Below are positions 29,276 to 39,236 of a stretch of 64,000 bases of DNA, piece after piece; the first letter of the stretch is position 1, and each line of letters opens with the position of its first letter. Position numbers and translations under genes: made by a program. Source of the stretch: an uncultured Bacteroidales bacterium (GTDB lineage: Bacteria; Bacteroidota; Bacteroidia; Bacteroidales; VadinHA17); contig CAVURA010000008.1 of the NCBI GenBank assembly GCA_963743775.1, positions 517,152 to 581,151 of the forward strand, read 5' to 3'. Under the pieces are notes generated by a model, which saw only the letters and a program-made list of their open reading frames with translations, did no database searches and was not told where the DNA came from.

Positions 29276-29367
29276 ACTTTATCCGCACCCACCCTTGGGG
29301 AGGTCACTTTAAATATTCAATTCTCCGCAGGATAAATAAACTTTTAATACATCCTCTCCATGTTTTA

Positions 29368-29375
29368 TATATTTG
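29368..29375 (+). promoter_or_regulatory. Candidate -7 promoter box (TAnnTTTG) for hutU
   Basis: TATATTTG ends 23 nt upstream of the ATG at 29398. Confidence 0.35.
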
Positions 29376-29397
29376 TATCAGGTAGATTTCCTCAGAT

Positions 29398-31404
29398 ATG
29401 AACGACTTCAAGACCCAGATCCGCGAGGGTATTCCTCAACACCTTCCTGAACCCAGACTGTATGACCCCTCGGTCAATCATGCCCCGCGTCGCCGCGACA
29501 TTCTCACAACCGATGAGAAGAAGCTCGCCCTGCGCAATGCCCTGAGATATTTTCCTTCAAAACTGCACGGTGTCCTTGCTCCGGAATTTGCTGCCGAGCT
29601 GCGTGATTACGGACGCATTTACATGTACCGTTACAGGCCTTCTTACGAGATGAAGGCAAGACCGGTGAACGATTATCCGCATAAATCACTGCAGGCTGCT
29701 GCCATTATGCTTATGATAACCAATAACCTTGATCCGGCAGTGGCCCAGCACCCGCATGAGCTCATCACCTATGGAGGAAACGGTGCCGTCTTCCAGAACT
29801 GGGCACAGTACAGGCTCACCATGAAATACCTGTCGGAAATGAATGATGAGCAGACCCTGGTGATGTACTCAGGCCATCCCCTCGGCATTTTTCCATCGCA
29901 TTCGGAAGCCCCGAGGGCTGTGGTGACCAACGGAATGGTAATACCCAATTACTCTTCTCAGGATCACTGGGAGAAATTCAACGCCCTGGGTGTCTCCCAG
30001 TACGGGCAGATGACCGCCGGGTCATACATGTATATCGGCCCGCAGGGTATTGTCCACGGAACCTCTATCACCCTGCTCAATGCAGGTCGCAGACTTAAGC
30101 CATCGGGTGACAAGGACAGGCGCACCAGGCTTTTCATTTCATCAGGTCTTGGAGGCATGTCAGGCGCTCAGCCAAAAGCAGGCAACATTGCCGGAATGGT
30201 ATCGGTAATAGCCGAGGTAAACCCCAAGGCTATCAGAACACGTCATTCACAGGGATGGGTCGATGAGGTCTTCGATGATCTCGCCCGACTGGTACAGCGT
30301 GTCAGAAAGGCATGCGGGTCGGGAGAAGTGGTCTCCCTGGCTTATCAGGGAAATATCGTTGATCTGTGGGAGCGCTTTGCCGATGAGGAGTTATGGGCAG
30401 ATCTCGGTTCTGACCAGACCTCGCTCCATAACCCCTGGGCGGGCGGTTATTATCCTGCCGGTATCACATTTGACGAAGCCAATGAGATCATGACGGCCGA
30501 CCCTGACAGGTTCAGGGGCCTGGTGCAGGCTTCGCTGCGCCGCCAGGTTGAAACCATCAACAGGCACACGGCGCACGGCACCTATTTCTTCGATTACGGC
30601 AATGCTTTCCTGCTCGAGGCATCGCGGGCGGGAGCTGATATCTCCGACGGCAGGGGCGGTTTCCGCTACCCGTCATACGTTGAGGATATCATGGGACCTA
30701 TGTGTTTTGACTATGGCTTCGGTCCTTTCAGGTGGGTGTGCTGCTCGGGTGATCCTGCGGATCTGGCAACTACTGACACCCTCGCTGCTGACACCCTCGA
30801 AAAGCTGATGGAAGATTCTCCTGAAGATATTCATCTCCAGATGTCGGATAATATTCACTGGATACGTGAAGCTGCACGCAACAAGCTGGTGGTTGGATCG
30901 CAGGCCCGCATTCTTTATGCTGATGCCCGCGGCCGTACAATGATAGCCGGGGCTTTCAACGATGCCATCGCTTCCGGAAAAATAAGCGGACCGGTAGTTA
31001 TCGGCCGCGATCATCATGACGTCTCCGGCACCGATTCACCTTTCAGGGAGACATCCAATATCTATGACGGCTCACGCTTCACGGCTGACATGGCCGTTCA
31101 GAATGTTATCGGCGATGCATTCCGCGGTGCCACATGGGTCTCACTGCATAACGGCGGCGGTGTTGGTTGGGGAGAGGTGATCAACGGGGGCTTCGGAATG
31201 GTACTCGACGGTACTCCCGCAGCGGCAAGAAGAATAAAAACAATGCTATTCTGGGATGTCAATAACGGCATTGCACGCCGCAGCTGGGCAAGAAACACCG
31301 GCGCAGTCTCATCAATAACAAGGGAGATGGAACGCACACCGGGACTGGTGGTGACAATGCCGTCAATGGCTGACGACACCCTTATAGATTCGGTTATAGG
31401 TTAA
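29398..31404 (+). CDS. hutU: Urocanate hydratase (long form)
   Basis: 668 aa. Motifs: ITYGGNGAVFQNWAQY, SSGLGGMSGAQPKA (NAD-binding region), and SLHNGGGVGWGE. Confidence 0.9.
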   Translation: MNDFKTQIREGIPQHLPEPRLYDPSVNHAPRRRDILTTDEKKLALRNALRYFPSKLHGVLAPEFAAELRDYGRIYMYRYRPSYEMKARPVNDYPHKSLQAAAIMLMITNNLDPAVAQHPHELITYGGNGAVFQNWAQYRLTMKYLSEMNDEQTLVMYSGHPLGIFPSHSEAPRAVVTNGMVIPNYSSQDHWEKFNALGVSQYGQMTAGSYMYIGPQGIVHGTSITLLNAGRRLKPSGDKDRRTRLFISSGLGGMSGAQPKAGNIAGMVSVIAEVNPKAIRTRHSQGWVDEVFDDLARLVQRVRKACGSGEVVSLAYQGNIVDLWERFADEELWADLGSDQTSLHNPWAGGYYPAGITFDEANEIMTADPDRFRGLVQASLRRQVETINRHTAHGTYFFDYGNAFLLEASRAGADISDGRGGFRYPSYVEDIMGPMCFDYGFGPFRWVCCSGDPADLATTDTLAADTLEKLMEDSPEDIHLQMSDNIHWIREAARNKLVVGSQARILYADARGRTMIAGAFNDAIASGKISGPVVIGRDHHDVSGTDSPFRETSNIYDGSRFTADMAVQNVIGDAFRGATWVSLHNGGGVGWGEVINGGFGMVLDGTPAAARRIKTMLFWDVNNGIARRSWARNTGAVSSITREMERTPGLVVTMPSMADDTLIDSVIG

Positions 31405-31901
31405 AAATTGTCAGGGATACGGTCAGCGATGAGGCAGACAGCCATCGCTACAACCCCTTCGCCCCGGCCCGTAAAACCCATCTTCTCCGTGGTGGTTGCC
31501 TTGACTGAGATGGCATCCGGTAAAATTCCGGTAACACCTGCCATAGCCTTTCGCATGGCATTAATATAGGGAGCCAGCTTTGGCGTCTCAAGACAAACTG
31601 TGCTGTCGATATTTACTATCCTGTAGCCCTTATCGCTGATCATGTCAGCAGTCCTCTTCAGCAATATTTTGCTGTCGATACCTTTATATTCATCAGATGT
31701 GTCGGGGAACTGTGTTCCGATGTCATTCATCCCCGCAGCGCCGAGTAGCGCATCACAAATGGCGTGTATGAGCACGTCACCGTCCGAGTGAGCCACGCAT
31801 CCTTTGGGTGAGGCGATGTGCACACCGCCTAACCAAAGTTCACGACCATCCTCAAGGCGATGAAAATCAATACCCTGTCCAATCCTCTGATGAAGTGTCA
31901 T
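31401..31901 (-). CDS. ispF: 2-C-methyl-D-erythritol 2,4-cyclodiphosphate synthase
   Basis: 166 aa. Motifs: RIGQGIDFHRL, HSDGDVLIHAICDALLGA, and a C-terminal TTTEKMGFTGRGEG. Confidence 0.9.
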   Translation of the reverse strand: MTLHQRIGQGIDFHRLEDGRELWLGGVHIASPKGCVAHSDGDVLIHAICDALLGAAGMNDIGTQFPDTSDEYKGIDSKILLKRTADMISDKGYRIVNIDSTVCLETPKLAPYINAMRKAMAGVTGILPDAISVKATTTEKMGFTGRGEGVVAMAVCLIADRIPDNF

Positions 31902-31904
31902 CGA

Positions 31905-33065
31905 TTATTTTTTACTTACGTTCCGCAGTGAGTCAAACTCAAAGCCGAGAGAGAATCTAAGTGTGCGGGCCAGCGGATTGTTCTGAGTTATCGGTATAAG
32001 GTATGAAAAGTCGAGTGAGAAGACACTCAGCCTGAATCCCGCCCCTGCAGTGAAGTACTTCATATTGCCCTTGCAATCTGCCTGGTTGAAATAACCTGTC
32101 CTCAGGGCAAACTGCTGGTTATACCAGTACTCAATGCCGATTGATTCTGTTATTTCATGCATTTCCTCACCGAATCCGTTGGGGGCATCATAGAACGACT
32201 GGAAGATAGCCACCGGCACAGAGACGTTCGGATCCCTGCCTGCAACTATTTCCCCGTCTTCATAAACGGGAGGCGTTGGTACCAGCAGTTTGTTAATGTC
32301 AAAAGAGATTCCAATTGAGTTGTACCTGTCAAGGTCAACCATGAATGTGGTTCCCAGCCGCATATTCATGGGAATGAAATCAGGATCTTCGTCAGATGTG
32401 TAGCTCATCTTCGAACCAATGTTTGAAAAATTCATTCCGGCAGAAATTTTTCCTGTCTTCGAACCCAGCTTTAAAGCTGTTGTATAATAAGCGGATGCAT
32501 CAGCTGCATAAGAAGTACCTGCTTTGGTCTCCGTGCTGCCAACATATTGTCCTCCCGTGATATTTGAATAGATGAACCGCAGGGCTACACCTCCTGACCA
32601 GTGCTCGGAAAAAAGGCGGGAGTAAGCTACGTCAACGGAGAATTCGTTGGGATTATGTGTGCTCTGGTAGTTGCCGTAATCGTCAGTGAACTGTATTTCT
32701 CCCAGTGATGAGTACATCAGGCTGCTGGCAAGCACCTGCTTGCTGTCAATCCTGTAATAACCAGTCAGCAGTGCCAGGTTGATATCCGGCACAAGAGCCC
32801 TGAGCCACGGTGAATATGACATTGCGAAACCTCCGTTACCGTCAATAAATGCATATTTGGCCGGGTTCCAGTGCATGCTGTAAAGATCAGGTGATGTTGC
32901 AACACCGGCATCACCAATCGCACCGGCGCGGGAGTCAGGCGCGATGGTAAGAAACGGTACCACCGTCTGAATGACATTAAGAGGATGCTTGTCCTGTGCT
33001 GCAAGTGGCATCAGCAGTGCCGTTAAAAGAAATATAGTACTGAATATCAGCGCCTTGTTTTTCAT
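31905..33065 (-). CDS. porV: T9SS outer-membrane channel/shuttle protein PorV (LptO)
   Basis: 386 aa with a signal peptide. The hallmark N-terminal block is VVPFLTIAPDSRAGAIGDAGVATSPDLYSMHWNPAKYAF. The beta-barrel patterning ends in FSLGFEF. It lies directly downstream of porU, as in Flavobacterium johnsoniae. Confidence 0.8.
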   Translation of the reverse strand: MKNKALIFSTIFLLTALLMPLAAQDKHPLNVIQTVVPFLTIAPDSRAGAIGDAGVATSPDLYSMHWNPAKYAFIDGNGGFAMSYSPWLRALVPDINLALLTGYYRIDSKQVLASSLMYSSLGEIQFTDDYGNYQSTHNPNEFSVDVAYSRLFSEHWSGGVALRFIYSNITGGQYVGSTETKAGTSYAADASAYYTTALKLGSKTGKISAGMNFSNIGSKMSYTSDEDPDFIPMNMRLGTTFMVDLDRYNSIGISFDINKLLVPTPPVYEDGEIVAGRDPNVSVPVAIFQSFYDAPNGFGEEMHEITESIGIEYWYNQQFALRTGYFNQADCKGNMKYFTAGAGFRLSVFSLDFSYLIPITQNNPLARTLRFSLGFEFDSLRNVSKK

Positions 33066-33089
33066 GTTCCGTCAGAGTCATAATTTGTG

Positions 33090-33097
33090 CAAATATA
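33090..33097 (-). promoter_or_regulatory. Candidate -7 promoter box (TAnnTTTG) for porV
   Basis: The plus strand reads caaatata, which is TATATTTG on the minus strand, 25 nt upstream of the porV ATG. Confidence 0.3.
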
Positions 33098-33129
33098 TAA
33101 CAAAAAAAAGGCCGGGATATTGTGTCGTA

Positions 33130-36100
33130 TTACAAAATGATAATCCTTCCTGTTGCAGATGCCCTTTCTCCATCTGCCGTGACAGCTTCAGCACGCCACA
33201 GATACATTCCCCGCGCAAGCCTGCTGCCGTTTTCATTGCAGCCGTCCCATGGTATATCCGGAAGCGAATATCCGGTGCTGTAAAACTGTTCCCTGATGAT
33301 CCGCACTGTGCTGCCTCCGGTATTCAGGATTGTTAAAGTGACATCAATCTCTGTGTCAGGCCTGTTGTGCCCGGCGGTAAATGTTGCGGTTTCGGTAACT
33401 GGATTAGGGAAACAGAGAAGATCTGTTAGCCTGAAGACACCGCTTGTTTCAACAACAAACCTGAGGGTGGCAACTGAAGGGTTATTGACATTGTCCCAGG
33501 CCCTGAGTGAGACGGTATGTTCACCCTTTTCACTGATTACAAACGGGTAGGAGAGGCTCCCTGAAGTGTGCACCCCGATATCTGCACTGAACAACCCGTT
33601 CAATACCACTGCGTCCGGTCATATCATCATCGATCCATGCGATTATATCATGTCCGATGCCTGTTCCTGTGGCATTGACACCCGACTCATCACTGATAAG
33701 CGCAAGAAGCGAGGGTGCTGTGTCTGTGATCCCTCCTTCATTGAAGAGGGTGTCATTCATGATATAGCTTAATAACCGGACCTTCAGTGTCATTAATATT
33801 TATGTCTGAAAATCCTCCCACGACGATCTCAGAAAAACTGCCGTTAACATCCCCGTTGTCATCGTGGGCATAATAGGTTATAAAACCTTTCCCGAAGGAA
33901 TAATTTATATCCAGGGGCACAATGAATGAAAAGCTGAATTTTCCATCATTGACAGTTGTGGTACCTCTGAAGATCACATTACCTGTCACCGGGAAGCTCA
34001 TCGGCGACCCTCCGTCATTGGCAAGGGTGCTGACAGTGCTGACTTTATCGTAAACAACAGGCTCCACCACTCCGTTGAACCCATCCATACTGTTACCGGC
34101 ATTGTCTTCAATATGGCCGGTTATGGTTATCAGCGACAGACGCCTTAAGTGTATCCGTAGCGACCTCCACAGACACGCTGTTAATACTGTCAGTGACCAC
34201 CCGTCCCTGCACTGGCCATGCAATCCTCAGAGCCGGATCACCGAGCAAAAGGAAATTACGTTTGTTCATCCCGGTGCCCGAATTGATCTTGGCCAGCCTG
34301 ATGATGTCGCCCAGTTTCATCGATCTGCCGTCCGGTGCCGTTGAGAAAATATAGTCGTAGATCCTTCGGTTAAGCATATAGTTCGGTGCCGAGTAAACGA
34401 CTCTGGTCGTGCTCATCAGCCCGATGCCTCCGCCTTCAGGATTAAGCAGGACCATCTCTCCGGCTGAGGTCCTTGACGAGATGAGGCCCGTCGCCTGGTT
34501 TATCTCCACATCATCAAACCTCGAGAATTCACATGTGGCTGTGATGAACAGGGGTAACATGTTTTTGTTCTTCCACGAATTTATGTCATCGGTCCTTACC
34601 ACTCTCTCATGTGCAAGACCGGATTCATTTCCGTGGCCTACATAATTAAGTATCAGGCACCCTGCCGCTATCCTGTTATTGATGGCTTTCTCAGCATCAG
34701 GATATGAGTTTCCTGTTGCTGTTGTAACCTGGCGGAAGGCGTCGAGATAAATCTTCTCCGCTGTGAGAGGCGGAGCAGCCTCCTTTGCAGCTACGGTGAG
34801 GTTCTCGGCATCCATCATGTGAAGGTTGGCATCTTCATCATCGGCCACCATGCACAACACATTACGCCAGGAACCCATTGCTGAGTTATCAATGTAAGAG
34901 GAGATTTTGCGCACCATGATTCCTGCGGCAGCGGTGTCAGACGCAGGCAACCGCCCGATGCCGATATCGAGAAAACCGTCTGCCTCACCCTCACCGTCGT
35001 CAAGAAGACCGTAAAAGTCGTCTGATGTGAAGGAGAGAACCCCGACGTGAGAGTTGACCGATTGCCATGTTGGGATAAATGAGGTGTTCCCGGGGGGAGG
35101 AGTTTTATTTTCATAGGATCCGTCACCAAACAGGAGGAGGTACTTCAACGGGGAGCCACCTTCAGTTCCCCTGCTGTAGATCATCCTGATGAAATTCCTT
35201 ATTGCCGCGGCATCGGGTATCCCTCCCGAAAATTCATTATAGATCTGCCCCGGTGTCACTATTATTGAGCTTGTACCGTCATCCGCCTGGTGGATATTGG
35301 CAATTCGTTGTGCATACTCTCTGAATAGGGGGTGCGTAACAATAATCATATCTGCCGTACCGAGCGCATGGAGATCCTGGTTTGGTAACAGGCTCCTTGC
35401 TTATTGAAGGGCGCAGTGCCTGTGCAGTGGCGAAGGCAACAAACTTGCGGAGGCTGTCAGTGGCGGCGATGAATATTGTGCTGCCTGCAAGTGAGGTTGT
35501 CTCCAACATTTTTGGAGCAAAGGGATCGGTAACATCCCATACCTGCAGTCCCGAAGATCCTGAGACAGTGAAGCGGGTCACCCCTGCAGGCTCAACACTC
35601 CGGCTGTCACTTATAAACAGCTGTTTATCAGTGGATTTTAACAGTGATCTGGCGAAGAAATCAATATAATCTATATAACCTGTCGCTGCAAGGTTGCCGT
35701 TATTCCTGAAAGTGACTGTGAATGACGGTGCGGTGGAAGCCGGAAGGCACGAATCCTGCTTGAAGGCAATGTTGGCGTAAACACCGTTAAGATCTGTCAT
35801 ACTGACCGGTGGAACAGAGACCGTTTCCAACACAGTTGATCCCTGTTTGAGTATGAATGAGCTTTCAGTGTCAGAACGGCCCAATACCCTCAAATTGTAC
35901 CTTATCTGTTCAGCAGTGACGAGGTCTTTAAACGGTGGGTTTACAGCGTTTTCTGTCCCGGGGATGACCTGCTGGTACCATTCCCTGCCTGAACTGATCA
36001 GGTTCACCGTTTCCTTTTCGTGCCTCCACATGACATCGCCTGAAGATGAGACCATATTGTGGGGTTGTGAAGGTGCCGGTTCATTGGCGACATGTGCAGC

Positions 36101-36541
36101 CCCGCCTGGTACGGATGTGATGAAATACCAGGCAGTGTCTGAATAGAAATGTCTTCTGTATTCGTATTTGTCAGAGTTCCTGTCGTAGATCCACCTGTGT
36201 GTGCCCTCGGCATAAAAGAGCAGGTAGTCGCCGTCATTGAAAATCCCATCGCTTCCGGCCTCAGTCTTATAAGCAATCTTTTTAAGGTCGTCAGGGGCGC
36301 TGCCGTCGTTATAAAATGAGAGCTGACCTGTATTGTTTCCGTACAGCACTGCTGCTGAAGGGTCGGTGATGCCCATTTCCCTGATCTGTGAAAAGTCGAG
36401 GCGGTAAATACCCGCCTCAGTCACGGCAAGCCTGATCCATCTGCCCTGTTTCAGCAGTGATGAGTGCGCGTAATCCTGTCCCGCGGCATACAATACCGTA
36501 AGCAGGGCGAACACTGTGATCAGGAGCCTTTTTATTCTCAT
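33130..36541 (-). pseudogene. porU: T9SS sortase PorU (C25 gingipain-like peptidase), broken into five ORF fragments by four frame breaks
   Basis: The fragments 35279-36541, 34108-35349, 33753-34223, 33530-33793 and 33130-33609 are collinear with a ~1130-aa PorU. They cover the N-terminal SLLKQGRWIRLAVTEAGIYRLDF, the C25 core NQDLHALGTADMIIVTHPLF...YVGHGNE...ATCEFSRFD, then DTEGPVIKLY/MNDTLFNEGGIT, and a CTD-like end, CFPNPVTETATF...GMYLWRAEAV. The breaks are near 35381-35383 (A-run), 34131-34141, 33751 and 33605-33610. Confidence 0.8.
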
Positions 36542-36643
36542 AAGCGCAAAGATAGTTAAGAGGATTATCTTTACTCCCTGAAAGACGGGTACTCAGATAA
36601 AATATTAACGTCGCTGACCCGTTGATATTGCTGAAAACGAACC

Positions 36644-37609
36644 ATGAGCCTCAGAAACAGAGCCACCATACTGATGCTTGCTTTTTACTCTCTGACCATG
36701 AGCGGTCAGGACACCTGGTACGGCACTATGTCGGGAATGCATTTTATGTATAACCCGGCCTATACCGGTTCATCAGGTCTTCCGGTTATGAATATATCCT
36801 GCTACTCTTTCCTTCCGGGAAACAACTTTGCCCTCAGGTCAGGTTATGCCTCATTTGACACATATCTGCCGGGACTCCATGGCGGGGCAGGCCTGTGGCT
36901 TTCTGACGACATGCTCGGTGAAATAATAAATGAATTCAGGGCAGGAGCAACCTATGCATATCATCTGCAGGCCGGTAGGGACCTCTTTTTCAACGCAGGA
37001 CTGACAGCCTCCTTTGTGCACCGTGGGATAAACACTGGAGCGGTCATTCTTCCGGGTGACATTGATCCGTTCAACGGTTTTCAGGGAACGCATTCAGAGA
37101 ATATTACCGACGGTACCGTCACGGCTTTTGATATCGGCACCGGCGTTACCTTTGCAAAAGGGCCCTGGTACGGCGGGTTCTCCGTCATGCACCTGACACA
37201 ACCGTGGCTCAGTGATAATCATAATGAAAATGACAGGATCAGACGGCTTTACACTGTCAGCGCAGGAACCACTTTCAGTAACCGGAAGGAAGAATTCAGC
37301 CTCAACCCGTCAGCGACACTCCTTGTCCAGGCAGACAATGTGATCATTTATTTAGGAACAGAAGCTCTTTACCGAAGCCTGATGGGAGGAGTAGCCTTCT
37401 GGCATGCGGCCTCCGGGTTTACTGCGGCAGAGCCTTCGCTGGGATGGGATACGGGATCGGCAAAAATCATATTATCATATAGTTACGTGCTGTCAGGAGG
37501 TGATACCGCAATTAAAGGTACAGCGATTGTGAAGGCAGGATTGGCTATTTGTTTCAATAATGTTGAAAAAAGTAGAGCCATTCACATAATAAAGTTACCT
37601 GATTTGTAG
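36644..37609 (+). CDS. PorP/SprF family T9SS-associated outer-membrane protein
   Basis: 321 aa with a signal peptide and an N-terminal MHFMYNPAYTG resembling the PorP/SprF YMFN.L..NPAYAG motif. Beta-barrel patterning follows, and the gene sits among T9SS/gliding genes. Confidence 0.7.
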   Translation: MSLRNRATILMLAFYSLTMSGQDTWYGTMSGMHFMYNPAYTGSSGLPVMNISCYSFLPGNNFALRSGYASFDTYLPGLHGGAGLWLSDDMLGEIINEFRAGATYAYHLQAGRDLFFNAGLTASFVHRGINTGAVILPGDIDPFNGFQGTHSENITDGTVTAFDIGTGVTFAKGPWYGGFSVMHLTQPWLSDNHNENDRIRRLYTVSAGTTFSNRKEEFSLNPSATLLVQADNVIIYLGTEALYRSLMGGVAFWHAASGFTAAEPSLGWDTGSAKIILSYSYVLSGGDTAIKGTAIVKAGLAICFNNVEKSRAIHIIKLPDL

Positions 37610-37682
37610 TTATTTTGTTGCAGCGTTTTGTTTTTGAGTAATATATTGAATTGAAATTTAAACTAGTTAACATAATTTGACC

Positions 37683-39170
37683 ATGTATAAACTTAGAGCT
37701 TTACCGGTATTTATAGTTGTTGCGCTCTTTATGTTTTCTTGCAAGGGAGCACAGCAGGACAATGTGTCTCCGACTACAGGCTGGAGTTACCGGGATCCTA
37801 AATCGAGTGATGTGAATGACCTTGGCTATCCCATAGGGGAAGCATCAGAACAGGTCACCGGTCCCAACCTTGTACTCATTGAAGGTGGAACATTCACCAT
37901 GGGCCGGGTTGATCAGGATGTGATGTTCGAATGGAACAATACACCCCGCAGGGTCACAGTATCCTCATTCTACATGGATGAGACCGAGGTTACCAACCTC
38001 GATTACCGTGAATACCTTTTCTGGCTTAGACGAGTCTACAGTGATTATCCGGAAGTACACCGCCGCGCTCTCCCCGACACATTGGTATGGAGAAGTCCGC
38101 TTGCTTTCAACGAACCGTATGTTCAGTATTATTTCAGACACCCTTCATACAATACCTATCCGGTAGTGGGTATAAGCTGGCTGCAGGCCAATGACTATTG
38201 TGTATGGCGTACCGACAGGGTTAATGAGCAAATTCTTCTTGACAGCAAATGGCAGGAACCCAACGTTGAACAGTCCGGTGCCAATAACTTCAACACTGAA
38301 TCTTATTATGCTGCCCAATATGAAGGAGTACCCGGAGAAAGGGTTGATGAGCTTCACGCACGTGTACGCCAGGAGGATGGTATCCTTTTGCCGCGTTACC
38401 GGCTGCCGACTGAAGCAGAGTGGGAATTTGCTGCCTACGGTCTGAGGGGTAACACCTTCGAGGAAAGAATTTATGAAAGAGCTATTTATCCGTGGGACGG
38501 ACATAATGTACGTAACTCGGCACCCAAATACAGAGGTGAGTTTATGGCCAACTTTGTCCGCGGTCGCGGTGACATGATGGGCGTGGCAGGTAATCTGAAC
38601 GATGCCGGTAGCATTACAGTTGACGTAAGATCTTACTGGCCCAATGATTATGGCCTATATTGCATGGCAGGTAACGTCAATGAATGGACACAGGATGTAT
38701 ATCGTCCGCTCTCTTCAGAGGATGTCGATATGTTCAACCCGTTCAGAGGTAACGTATTCACTGATCTTCGCCGTGATGCAAACGGCCAGGTAGTTGAGAA
38801 AGACAGACTCGGCAGACTGCAGATTGATACTGTAAAGCCTGATGATGTAGCTAATAGGTTTAACTATCAGAAATCAGATTACAGGAACTACCTCGACGGT
38901 GATGTCGTCTCGAGCATCTCATCGAGCCTGGAATGGTCAGGTAACGCTGAACTGCCCCAGACAGAAAGAATGTATTCGCAGAATGAAACAGACAACGACT
39001 ATGTTACCCTTATTAATGATAAGGCAAGGGTAATAAAAGGCGGTTCATGGAAAGACAGGGCTTACTGGCTCAATCCTTCAACACGCCGTTATCTTGATCA
39101 GGAAGCATCACGCGATGACCTCGGATTCAGATGCGCAATGATCAGGGTGGGAAGTCCTGCCGGATTATAA
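37683..39170 (+). CDS. gldJ: Gliding motility lipoprotein GldJ (SUMF1/FGE-fold, non-catalytic family)
   Basis: Lipobox FSC. Motifs: LIEGGTFTMGR, WNNTPRRVTVSSFYMDETEVTN, LPTEAEWEFAA and IKGGSWKDRAYW. The porU-porV...gldJ-murF neighbourhood matches F. johnsoniae. Start chosen at the ATG at 37683. Confidence 0.75.
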   Translation: MYKLRALPVFIVVALFMFSCKGAQQDNVSPTTGWSYRDPKSSDVNDLGYPIGEASEQVTGPNLVLIEGGTFTMGRVDQDVMFEWNNTPRRVTVSSFYMDETEVTNLDYREYLFWLRRVYSDYPEVHRRALPDTLVWRSPLAFNEPYVQYYFRHPSYNTYPVVGISWLQANDYCVWRTDRVNEQILLDSKWQEPNVEQSGANNFNTESYYAAQYEGVPGERVDELHARVRQEDGILLPRYRLPTEAEWEFAAYGLRGNTFEERIYERAIYPWDGHNVRNSAPKYRGEFMANFVRGRGDMMGVAGNLNDAGSITVDVRSYWPNDYGLYCMAGNVNEWTQDVYRPLSSEDVDMFNPFRGNVFTDLRRDANGQVVEKDRLGRLQIDTVKPDDVANRFNYQKSDYRNYLDGDVVSSISSSLEWSGNAELPQTERMYSQNETDNDYVTLINDKARVIKGGSWKDRAYWLNPSTRRYLDQEASRDDLGFRCAMIRVGSPAGL

Positions 39171-39195
39171 TAATCTGATTTCAAAATGATAGCGG

Positions 39196-39228
39196 GCCTC
39201 ATTATGAATAATAATGAGGCTTGTTTTT
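39196..39228 (+). terminator. Hairpin plus T-tract between gldJ and murF (terminator or attenuator)
   Basis: GCCTCATTAT (39196-39205), loop gaata, ATAATGAGGC (39211-39220), then TTGTTTTT. The murF ATG follows only 9 nt later. Confidence 0.6.
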
Positions 39229-39236
39229 AGATAACT

